From positions 11,532,001 through 11,596,000 of the forward strand of contig JBHGNT010000022.1 in assembly GCA_043228905.1 (NCBI GenBank): a stretch of DNA of 64,000 nucleotides, written 5' to 3'. Numbering within the stretch: the stretch's first letter is position 1; every line of letters starts with the position of its first letter. The position numbers and the translations under genes are program-made. This document shows positions 1-10,508 of this stretch, in pieces. The notes below the pieces were generated by a model. That model saw only the letters and a list, made by a program, of their open reading frames with translations. It did no database searches and was not told the DNA's origin. The stretch comes from Azolla caroliniana. Its lineage: Eukaryota > Plantae > Polypodiophyta.

Positions 1-7
1 GGAGGGG

Positions 8-52
8 AACCCTAACCCTAACCCTAACCCTAACCCTAACCCTAACCCTAAA
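8..52 (+). repeat. Telomere-like tract: 6x CCCTAA followed by one CCCTAAA
   Basis: Read directly; preceded by non-telomeric GGAGGGG, so not demonstrably a chromosome end. Confidence 0.9.
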
Positions 53-181
53 CAGTGGTGGTCTGCTCTTTCTTTTACTTGCTATAAAATCTCTCTCTCT
101 CTCTCTCTCTAAGGAATGGTGAGCTGCTCTTTCTTTTAAGTTTTACTTCTAAAAAATCTCTCTCTCTCTTTTCTTTTTAAA

Positions 182-724
182 TAGCAATGGACGCAGTTTC
201 GGCTCGAACCGAACCGAACCGTTAAGCCATGGTTTCACGGTTTATTGGTTCCCCAAAAAAATTAATGGTTTCATTTGGTTTGGATTTTCGATAAACGGTT
301 CGGCTCGGTTATAAAACTCGGGTTTATGGGTTTGGTTTAAAGGTTTATAGGTTTTTGGTTAACATTTTTTTTACCTTAATAGTTTATTGATCTAATGGTT
401 TAATTAATGGTTTTTTATTGATTTAATTAATTTAACTTTAAATATTTATTTAATTTAATGGTTCGATTACAGTTTCTTTTATTGATTTAATAAATTTAAC
501 TTAAATACTTATTTAATTTAATATATTTTTGTTTATTTAGATGTTTAATTAGTTTGATTTGAATGGTTAGGTTAAATTTTTTTATTAAATGGTTCGGTTT
601 GGTTTCAACTTTTTCTTAAATGGTTTGGTTTAATTATTAAGAGTTCGTAAACGGTTTGGTTTGGTTTTTGTTTTAATAAAAGGTTCGATTTCTTTGCCTT
701 GAAACCGAACAATGCCCATTGCTA
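182..724. mobile_element. Non-autonomous TIR element (hAT-like MITE) rich in AACCG/CGGTT repeats
   Basis: Termini TAGCAATGGACG...TGCCCATTGCTA (TIR perfect in the second copy); subterminal GGTTCGGTTT repeats; no TSD recognised. Confidence 0.7.
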
Positions 725-779
725 GATGTTAATATATATATTGCTTTTGTTCTTTCTCTCTCTCTCTCTCTTTCTTCAG

Positions 780-1984
780 TAAATAATGGCTTTCGTTACG
801 AAAGAAAATCATTTGGAAATGAGGCATCGGTTTGGTTCATTCTTCTCCAGATGAACAAAAAGAAAAACCAATTGAACAAAGAAGATAGGCTTTACTCTCA
901 AGTTAGAGACATCCACACTAAATTGATACATTTAGTTGATGTTCTCCGGATGAGCCAAACAAAAACAAAAACCAGCTGATGGAAGAAAGATAGGCTTTAC
1001 TCCAGTTAGGAGACATCCATCAAGCATGAAAGAAATCGATGCCTGCTTTGTTCCAATAGTAAAAGCTCCAACCAATAACTCTTCGGAATGAATACCATAA
1101 CTCTCCACATGAATACCTTACCTCATAGCATCAATTGAGGACACCAACTCGCCTTCATCGCATCGAAACCTCCATGTAATGAATGGGCTTACGAAAACCC
1201 CCATATCTTTATAACCCTTTCTTCCATCCACTTATGTATGTCAATCAACTTGTGATAAGCACCGTTTGTTGAGATTATAGTCAATCTCCTATTTCTAAGA
1301 CATCCAATCAAGCTCTTGACATCCCCCCCCCCCCCCCACCCAAATCTAAATCAAGATTTGGCTCATACGAAGATAGTAATTCTTGCAACTTATCCCAATA
1401 TCAAGGTATAACCTTTTGGAATACGAAATGTTGATCTTGTTGTTCAAAAGCCTATTAATATTCTTTGTGACACTAACATAGCATCCTTGACTGTTACCAA
1501 ACCCAATCTAGCCATTTGATTAAATTGAAGGTTAAGAAGTTGTTTACATTCCCACCACAACAACCTTGATGTCGCCAAAACCTCTATTTGTAATGAATTG
1601 GTACATCCCCCTTCTCATAGGGGATATCATTGTACAAAATCCAACATACTTTGCCAATATGTCAACAAATACTTAACTATCAAAGACCCTACACATTTGA
1701 CATCCCTTTCAGAATTAATGACATTCCACCAATTAACTTCAATTGTTATGCTTCTAAGCATAATTCATGTATTCTCTATAAAGTATGTCACCATTTCTGT
1801 CTAAGGTTGTACACCCCGCAAATTGACTAGCCACCATATACTCATATAAATTCAATATTGATGCCCCACCAAGAGCTTCAGAGTACAAAATATGATCTCA
1901 TGCCAACCACGACAAGGCACTTTTCCCTTTTCTTATCCATAACAACATTTGCATTGGGTGTGGCACCATTTCAAGAGCTTTGTT
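780..1984 (-). pseudogene. Degenerate L1-type LINE ORF2 fragment (duplicate of ~14970-16198)
   Basis: Duplicate of the minus-strand L1 remnant whose other copy continues into RT motifs. Confidence 0.7.
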
Positions 1985-2046
1985 ACTCCTTAGGGCCGGA
2001 CAATAGCCTAACACAGGGTGTCTACAGAAGACACTTCACCAAAGGG

Positions 2047-2442
2047 TGTTACGGTGGAACAGAGATAGACCGACGATTAATCAAACCTTAATCGGTTACT
2101 TAAGCAACAGATCCTTAATCTTAATACACACGTAAAATAGAAAGTAATTAGCACAGAACGGTAATCAATACACAGAGATAAGGAAATAGAGCTTTATTAA
2201 TTATCCGTCGTCATTTACAATGTAACCGGGCCTTTTTATAGATCACCGGGTCTGCCTACAAAACGGTGCCAACTGGCACACTAATATGAACCGGTCCGGA
2301 TCCGGATCGGCATACCAATTCCGGTCCGTCTGTTCACTTCTCTAAAATCTACTTAATTACTTAATATCCTAATAACAACCTCCGATTATTTCTGCCCTTT
2401 CATATTCTAGACTGTCCTCCACTACTTGCTGGCTGGCTAACA
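2047..2442 (-). mobile_element. Probable solo LTR inserted in the LINE 5' leader
   Basis: TGTTA...TAACA termini, 396 bp, reverse TATA-like CCTTTTTATAG at ~2230; flanks AAGGG/CATGG give only a 3/5 TSD match. Confidence 0.55.
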
Positions 2443-2726
2443 CATGGCATGCCCGTGGGACAGTACCTTGTACGTCGAATCCCACTATCCGGCCTTCAAT
2501 CCTCGTCCAAAATGTCCAGAAGGCTTTGATCGAGGGGCTCTAATGGTTCTACAAAATCGCTTTCTCTTGACGTTGTGAAGTGCCATTTTTCTTGACAAGT
2601 TCGTGGGTGGGTTCTTTTGGTGTGCTCGTCGCGTGCTACAAAATGCCGATATGATTGCGACATACACACAAACTCGGCTAAGTCTCGAACCCATTTATTT
2701 TACCTTTTTTTCTTATTGACACCACA

Positions 2727-3181
2727 ATGACGTCTAAACGAACTAAGGAACATAAGGATATACAAGACGAGGCTATATAAGTAAGGAGGACTTTTTAGAT
2801 ATGTTTAATCGTTTAACAAAAATAGAGATGGATATGAAAAAATGGGTGAAAGACACCGAAACCCACAAGAAAAAAGATAGAGAGGAAAAAGACGCCCTCA
2901 AGGCCGAAATAGAACAACTTAAGGTAGAAAACACCGACCTTAAAAAACAACTTAAGGACATCGAGGTATCTCGAGAAGACAGTGAAATATCCTCTATAGA
3001 GGATATAAAGGACGAAATTAAAAAAGTTAAAGAGGAAGTTAATAATAACATAGAGTTAGCTAAAACGGGTTGGGTAGATGTGGTTAAAAGAAACATTAAA
3101 AAAGAAATAAAAGATGAAAATATTGTTAATACCACCCTTGAAGAAGAGAAAATGCGTTAGGCCCAATGCTTAAATGTACGT
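2727..3181 (+). pseudogene. LINE ORF1, N-terminal coiled-coil part
   Basis: ATG 2727, 2-nt frameshift near 2775, ORF 2801-3160, TAG at 3158; reads AQCLNVR|VTGLKE across the gypsy insertion. Confidence 0.8.
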
Positions 3182-3793
3182 TGTCGTGAAGAAAACCGTC
3201 CACAAGCGGAATCGGTGCACAGGAGCGTAGAAACCGGCTCTTCTCGAATGTTGTCCATAGAAGATCCTAGGCAGGTAGATTCGGTAGGTAGGAAGAAAAG
3301 GGGAAACGGCTCCTTCCTTGCTGATAAAAGGAGGGAGACGAGGCGGGAAAAGGGATCGCGGAGAGTCGAGGACGAAGTGCTGTCGGTTTGCGTGCGAAGG
3401 CCTCGCTCTCTCTCTCTGGTTCGCAGACTCCATAGCTTCCTTCTGTGCAGGTTTCGGGAGGCTCGCGCTGCTCTGAGGAATGCCCGAGTGCTTCCGGCAG
3501 CACCTCCAACCTACTCCTTCCTTTCTGTGCGTTTGCGAACAGGTATCGGCATCTGTTCGCCGGCCTGTTCGGTTGTAACCGACTTCGTGTTTCGTTGTCT
3601 GTCTTTGTTAATACCTACATACATTCGTGTCTCTCTGTGTCGCTGTCCCACTCATGTCTTTGTGTCGAAGGGCCGTGTCCCTGTGAATCTACTCTCACAC
3701 GTAGTGGGTCTCTTTTCTTTTCTCTCTTGCTCTTTGGTACAGGACCCCCGAGGTCCCGCCTCATTCCACGCATCCGCGAGGAATACCTCGACA
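3182..3793 (+). repeat. 5' LTR of gypsy element
   Basis: TGTCG...CGACA; matches 9527-10138 with about nine transitions by my count. Confidence 0.97.
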
Positions 3794-3796
3794 TCT

Positions 3797-3814
3797 TGGT
3801 GAACCCGACGTGAA
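3797..3814 (+). promoter_or_regulatory. Primer binding site complementary to tRNA-Trp
   Basis: TGGTGAACCCGACGTGAA is the reverse complement of the plant cytosolic tRNA-Trp 3' end (...TTCACGTCGGGTTCACCA, recalled); starts 3 nt after the LTR. Confidence 0.85.
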
Positions 3815-3836
3815 GGAGGCGACAGAAGAGCAGAAG

Positions 3837-5959
3837 ATGAAAGGGTCGGATCTTGCAGAGGCCATGGCTTCGGCCGTGGATCGGATACTGAGCGCACGCG
3901 AGGGCTCCGGCGCCCTCGACAGAGCCATTGAGGCGGTCGTCGGTACGATCGGCCGGTTCAGTGGAAAGGATGCCACGAAGTATTTGGCGTCCTACGGGGC
4001 AGAAATGCTGATGCGAGACATTCCAGAAGAGAGGCGTCTTGCCGGGTTTCCTTGAGTGGCGATGCCGAGCATCCATGCGGAGGTGCTTGAGGTGCGGGCG
4101 GAGAGCCGTACCTGGGAGGAGTTCGAAGGCCGACTCTTGGAAAAATACGGGCTGGACGACGCGCTCCGGCTTTCGAAACGAGACTTCATGGAATGGGTGG
4201 AGTCCCCCGGCAAGGGAAGAAACGCGTCGGCACTCCTCTGGGAGTTCGAAGAACGCTTTGCGCGCCTTTCGACGCTTGACCGAACCGTTCTGGATACGAG
4301 CCGGGTCCTATTGTTCGTCAAGTCGGTGGACGAGCGGGACAGAGATCAAGTCGGCTCCTTGCTGGAAACCGAAGACGGGCTGACAACCGACTGGGCTGCG
4401 GTTAAGAGAGTCTATGGCCGTTTCGACAAACGGCGAGAATGGGCTGACAACGGGGCGGCCGGTGCGGGCTTTGTCACAGCAAGGAGGCTTGAACCGGCAC
4501 CGCAAGTGCGAAGGGAAGAAACCCGGGAATGGCTCGAAACCGGTCCGGCTTCGACCGGCATGGTCAATGGCTCGTCCGGAGGAGCAGCGCTGGAGGAGTT
4601 GACGCGGGCGATAAAGGATCTCCAGATCGCCCAGACTCGAAGGGAAGGCGGCGAACCGGCTCGTGACCGACGACCGGCGGCGGGGAACAGGTGCATGTGG
4701 TGCGACGAGGTCGGCCACATTCGGAAGGACTGCGGCGATTTCGCAGAGGCGTTGAGGAACCGGGTGGTGTACCTGTGGGAAGGCCGGGTGCACGCCGGCG
4801 ACACCAGGAGGGCCCTGAACCAAAACGACGAGCGAGGAGGTATGAAGAGACTGATGGAAGAGGCAGCGGCCCGACACGTAGAGGCCATCCACTACTCGGT
4901 GTCGGCTGGAATTCGGGTCGGGAGCAGCGAGGCCCGAATAGAGGGCAAAGACGGATTCTGGTCGGCAATGCTGGAAGGTCTTGCCGGCACACGGCTAAGG
5001 AAAGATGAAACGGACCGCGCTGAGAGACGGGTCCGGGAATAATCGGGTGGAGCGATCCGGTCGAGGAGAAGACGGGCTTCGTAGAAGCCGCCTGCCGGAA
5101 CTACGAGGCTCTGGTAGAAGACAAACGAGTGGGGAAAGCCGGAGCGGCCGGGCCCTCACAACGGTACAAGACCCGATTCGGGCAACGACGGAACGATGCC
5201 GGCGGGTCCAGCTCGCAAGATAACCCCAAGAAGGGCGGATACCGACTGGGGGCGGAGATAGAAAGGACTACGGACCTACGAAAGGTCCTAGAAGAACGGA
5301 TCCTCGACAACAAAGTGGAGCTGTCATTGCGAGAGGTGTTAGGGATCGCCAAGGAGTTCCACGACTCCATTGTAGACCTGGTGAAACGGAAGAGGCTGTC
5401 GACGGAGACGGAACCGGAAAGACCGGTAGAGGTGCGGACGACGCACATCGACGACTCGACGCTGGCAGATGAGTGGGCGGAGAGCCACTATTCGAGGCCA
5501 CACTGGGCCCGAGTGACCACGGAGACCCCGGTAAAGATCGGAGATGTTCAGGAACCGGTGGTGGCGTTGGTGGACCACGGTTCGGAAATAAACCTGATGT
5601 CCATGGACTTCTATAAGAAGGGGAAGTGGCCGATCAACACCAAGCACGGGTGGAAGATACGGGCGGCGACGCGCGCCACCGAGGAACTGCATTGGGCCTA
5701 CCCGAACGTGCGGGTCAAGATCGGCGACGTCAAGATTGACCAGCACTTCTTCGTGCAGGAGACGTCTTCGCACCCGGTCATATTAGGTGAACCATACATC
5801 ACGACGGCGCGAATGGAGACCAAGGTGCTAGACAACGGTTCGGCCTACGCAAGGGTCAAAAGCCAGGACGGGCGCCATTCAGTCCAATTTCTGACCGTGA
5901 GACCGAACCACGAGAGGAACCGCGAATCCCTCGGTGGCGAGAACCGGGAGGATTTTTAG
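3837..5959 (+). pseudogene. gag-protease ORF of gypsy element (disrupted)
   Basis: CCHC knuckle CMWCDEVGHIRKDC; aspartic protease ALVDHGSEINLM; TGA at 4053 and frameshift near 5040. Confidence 0.9.
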
Positions 5960-8900
5960 AGAGGGATGCCAAGGCGTGGGGCCGAGACAGTCCGGACACT
6001 CGGGAAAGACCCCACAACTGTACGATAGAACCGAAACCGAAGAAACCTTGTACGATAGGTAGAAAATTCTGCTTCTCCGGCAACGAAGGGTGTATGATAG
6101 TCGGCATCGTTGGCCGAGAAAGGGCAAGGGCGGAGGAGTGACTTCGAGCGTGCGGAGTTCTCGGCCCGGACGAGGAAATCAGCGGGGCCGTGGAGGCGGT
6201 CTCCTTCGACGACACCTTGGGGATGCTGAGGAAGGTACCCGGAGAAGACCTTAACGAAGACCGGACGATACCGGTATGTTCCGAAGAGATGTACGAAGTC
6301 ATCGCCAACTTCAGTCGGGGGCTCGGGTCGGATCGGACGGCCCGAGTTAGCACGAAGTACAAGACTGTGGACCGGAAGGTAAGGCCAGTCACGGCACCCT
6401 TACCGGAGGGCAGCGAGTCCCGAATCAGAGGGGTTGCGTCGGACCCCAGTTTACGAGATCCGGCCTGCATAGGACACACCTTCACCGACGGGACGCTCCG
6501 GGAGCTCAAAATAGGTGGGGGCGGGTTCCTACTGCCGGCGGAGGAAGACCGGTTTCGGAGGATGCTCGGAAGGCACGGGAAAGCCTTCGCATTCTCACCG
6601 GAAGAGATCGAGTGCGTAGACCCGACAATCGTGGGGCCGATGGTGATATTCATGGTACTGCATGTACCGTGGAATCTCAAGCCGATTCCAGTACCGAGAG
6701 CTCACATCCCGAAGTTGATGGAGCTACTGAGGTAGAAAGTCGATATGGGCATTCTCGAACCGTCGAGCGCGCCATACTCGAACCGATGGTTTACCGTACC
6801 AAAGAAAAACGGAACCTTGCGCTTCATTCAGGACCTGCAGCCGGTCAACAGAGTGACCATTTGGAACGCAGGAATCGGACCGACCATAGACGAGTTCGCG
6901 GAGGCCTTTGCCGGAAGGTCGATTTACTCGGTCGGTGATCTGTACTCGGGGTACAACCAGTTCCAGCTAGCCGTGGAGAGCAGAGACATTACGATGATGC
7001 GAACTCCCCTCGGCCTAGTGCGAATGTGTACCCTGCCACAAGGAGGGACCAACTCGGTGGCCCACATGGTGAATGCAATGAACAAGGTACTGAGGGATTG
7101 CATCCCGGACATCACCATGCCGTTTCTAGACGACATCCCTATCAAAGGGTGCCCGGTGGAAGAGAAGGACGAGACAGTCGGGCCGGACGGATGCCGGCGA
7201 TTCGTGGCAACACACATCGGCGACTGCGAGAAGGTGCTACAAAGGCTAGAGGATGCGAGGCTCACCTTCTCCGGGGAGAAATTGGCCTTCAGGCAATCGG
7301 AAATCCTGGTGGTCGGAGACCTATGTGGACCATATGGCCGGAAGCCGTCGCCGGCAAAGGTAGAAGCCATCTCCGCGATGAAGACCGACTGTAGCTCGGT
7401 TACGGAAGTTCGGAGGTTCCTGGGGGCGTGCGCATTCTACCACATATGGATCCCGCATTACGCCCACGTTGCGGAGCCGCTATACGGGTTGCTGAAGAAA
7501 GGGCAAAAATTCGAGTGGCGAGACGAGCACACAGAGTCGGTCCGAAAGCTGAAGGAAGCTCTTGCGGCAGCACCGGCGCTCCGGAAGGCTGTCTACGAGA
7601 AGGGTACCCCGGTATACATAACGGTGGATACGAGTCCGACCGGGATCGGATGGGTCGTCAACCAAGAAGACGGGGACGACATTCGGTTCCCGATCCGATT
7701 CGGCGCGAAGGTCCTCAGTGAACGACAACGAGGGTACGCCCAGGTTAAACGCGAACTCTGGGGTATCGTTTCGGCAGTGAAGGCCGACAAAGACTACCTG
7801 ATCGGGACAGAAGTGGTTATCGAGATGGATTGGCTGCCGATTCTCGGCATGGTTTCCGAATGCGCGACATTGGACCTGGCGATGCTCAGGTGGATAACGT
7901 ACATCAAGTCCCTGGATCCGGAAATACGACACATTTCCGGAAAGGACAACGCCATGGCCGACATGCTTTCGAGGGCGAGGTTTGATGACGAGGACGACAT
8001 GGTTTCGGAGGACAAAGAAGTCGGCGAGGACTTCTTCGAGGCGACGTACGTGACGACCGATGGGGCGAGCACTCCGGCACTTAACGGCTTCGACGAGAGC
8101 AAGTACGACGGCGAGTGGCTCCAGATCGGTGGGTTTTTTAGGACAATGACGCCGGATGTATCATGGACGAGGGACGAGGCAAACCGGATCCGGAAGAAAG
8201 CATACCGATTCTTTCTCCGGGACGGATACTTATGGAAGCACCCGAAGAAGAGGAACGGCGTCCCGCTCCGGGTGGTGGCGATGAATGAAGAACATGAGGA
8301 GCTGCTGACGGCCTACCACGACAGCCCTTGGGCTGGACACCGTGGAACGTGGGCCACGTTCGAGAAGATAAAGGGGAAGTACTGGTGGTCGGGACTGTAC
8401 CGGGACGTGCATCGGTTCGTGACAACTTGCGAGAGCTGTCAGAAGCACTCCATAGTTCGACATCGGGACGAGCTTCACCCTACGTACCCTCCGACCATCC
8501 ACTTCAAATGGATGGTAGATTTGGTGACGATGCCGATGGGAGTAGGTCAGATGCGGTATCTGGTCTTGGCTCGGGAAGATCTGACGAACCAGGTAGAAGG
8601 CCGAACCCTTCAGAACAAAACGATCGCGGCCGTATGTCGGTTCCTGATTGAGGACGTGATATGCCGGTATGGGTGCGTCGGGAAGATCGTGGCAGATCGC
8701 GGGGAGTTGGACGCCGAAGAGGCCGAGGAGCTGTTCGACCGGCTAGGAGTCAAGCTCTCGCTTACCACTGCGTACAATCCGGAGGTGAATGGAAAGGTGG
8801 AGCGTGGACACGGACCGATCGTCAAGGCGTTAGTTCGGGCATGCGGAGGACAAGTCGGGAACTGGCCGCGGCTGCTGCCTTACGCGTTGTGGGCGGACCG

Positions 8901-9453
8901 AACTACGCACAGTTCGGTAACCGGATTCATGCCGACAGAGCTCATGTTTGGGCAAAAGCCGATCATGCCGATGGAACGTACGATCTCCTCATGGGCAACC
9001 GTGGATTGGAGAGACGAGATGAGCCGGGAGGAACTGTTGACGGCGCGCATACGACAGCTCGAGTGAAGACCGGAGGACGTGGAGCAGGCTACGGAAAGGC
9101 TTCGGGTGGCCAGGACGAGGAACAAAGCCCGGTTCGACCGGACGCACCGGCTCCGACCGAAGAAGATCGAGGAAGGTGACTGGGTGCTAGTCTACGACAG
9201 CAGCCTCGACAACCAGCACCGAGCAACACGGAAGTTCGCAAGAAGGTGGTTCAAGCCTTACGTGGTACAAAGCGCCAACGACAACGGGACGTACCATTTG
9301 GCGGAACTCGACGGCACGAGAATGGTGATACCGGTAGCTGGGAAGCGGATCAAATCGTTCAAGAAGCGACACGACGACGAGCCGGATCCGGTTAACCTGG
9401 ACCGCGACGACGAACGATCCGAAACCGAAGAAGAACCGACGGGCGGGGAATAA
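5950..9453 (+). pseudogene. pol (RT-RNaseH-integrase) of gypsy element, in the -1 frame relative to gag-PR
   Basis: RT LPQG and FLDD; RNase H TVDTS..ELWGIV..ADMLSR; IN HHCC (H..GH..CESC) and D-D-E (VDLV, ADRG, KVER); in-frame stops at ~6139, 6733, 9064. Confidence 0.93.
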
Positions 9454-9513
9454 CGGCTGGACCGGTTTTCTCCGTCCCAACTCAATTTGGCGCATGCCGG
9501 TGGATGCGCGGTT

Positions 9514-9526
9514 AGGTGGGGGCGGA
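9514..9526 (+). promoter_or_regulatory. Polypurine tract
   Basis: AGGTGGGGGCGGA immediately upstream of the 3' LTR. Confidence 0.7.
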
Positions 9527-10138
9527 TGTCGTGAAGAAAACCGTCCACAAGCGGAATCGGTGCATAGGAGCGTAGGAACCGGCTCTTCTCGAATGTTGTC
9601 CATAGAAGATCCTAGGCAGGTAGATTCGGTAGGTAGGAAGAAAAGGGGAAACGGTTCCTTCCTTGCTGATAAAAGGAGGGAGACGAGGCGGGAAAAGGGA
9701 TCGCGGAGAGTCGAGGACGAAGTGCTGTCGGTTTGCGTGCGAAGGCCTCGCTCTCTCTCTCTGGTTCGCAGACTCCATAGCTTCCTTCTGTGCAGGTTTC
9801 GGGAGGCTCGCGCTGCTCTGAGGAATGCCCGAGTGCTTCCGGCAGCACCTCCAACCTACTCCTTCCTTTCTGTGCGTTTGCGAACAGGTATCGGCATCTG
9901 TTCGCCGGCTTGTTCGGTTGTAACCGACTTCGTGTTTCGTTGTCTGTCTTTGTTAATACCTACATACATTCATGTCTCTCTGTGTTGCTGTCCCACTCGC
10001 GTCTTTGTGTCGAAGGGCCGTGTCCCTGTGAATCTACTCTCGCACGTAGTGGGTCTCTTTTCTTTTCTCTCTTGCTCTTTGGTACAGGACCCCCGAGGTC
10101 CCGCCTCATTCCACGCATCCGCGAGGAATACCTCGACA
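9527..10138 (+). repeat. 3' LTR of gypsy element
   Basis: 612-bp copy of 3182-3793. Confidence 0.97.
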
Positions 10139-10142
10139 ACGT

Positions 10143-10502
10143 GTCACTGGGCTCAAGGAAGGTGCATCCCCAAATGAGGACGCGCAAACACTTGGGAAAA
10201 TGTTAGGGTACACAGAGGCCCTACCTATCACCAAAGCATGGAGGGTCGGGCGTGACACAACTAGGAAGAGAGCCTTAGTCCTTCAATTTAAAGACTTAGA
10301 CTCTAGAATCACTTTCTTTAAGAAGAGACCAATCCTTCGAGGAATGGATGGGAACCCCATCTATCTCGATGAAGACATCACTAAGATGCAAATTGAGCAT
10401 CGCAAGAGTTGTATGCCACGAGTTATGCAAGCTCGTAAAGAAGGCCATCGCGCCTTTTACCGAGACGGGCGAGTGATCATAAATGATCGCACTACTAATT
10501 GA
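10143..10502 (+). pseudogene. LINE ORF1, C-terminal part
   Basis: VTGLKE...KAWRVGR...RALVLQF...IYLDEDITK, typical of LINE ORF1 RRM/CTD regions; in frame with 2801-3181 once the gypsy and one TSD copy are removed. Confidence 0.82.
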
Positions 10503-10508
10503 CGGCGT

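Larger units (their letters stand above)
157..1984 (+). repeat. ~1.8 kb direct repeat, copy A (MITE + short tail + L1 fragment); partner at ~14441-16198
   Basis: Continuous colinear similarity from the (TC)n-TTCTTTTTAAATAGC start to CATTTCAAGAGCTTT(G/A)TT, with scattered substitutions and a few indels. Confidence 0.93.
3182..10138 (+). mobile_element. Full-length Ty3/gypsy LTR retrotransposon, 6957 bp, 4-bp TSD ACGT
   Basis: Two 612-bp LTRs, TG..CA; ACGT at 3178-3181 and 10139-10142; domain order gag-PR-RT-RH-IN. Confidence 0.97.

Noticed and set aside
1-52. True chromosome telomere
   Set aside because: Only seven units, preceded by non-telomeric bases; similar tracts occur internally
719-979. 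ORFs 719-979 and 14913-15170 as a duplicated small gene
   Set aside because: Antisense to an L1 remnant and run through a microsatellite; similarity is explained by the duplication
2455-2485. HDV-like ribozyme (CGAA before a P2-like strand)
   Set aside because: Only ~15 nt lie between the strands, leaving no room for P3, L3, P1 and P4
3215-3813. ORFs inside the gypsy LTRs and the many antisense ORFs across 3600-9600
   Set aside because: Expected in GC-rich sequence; no recognisable motifs
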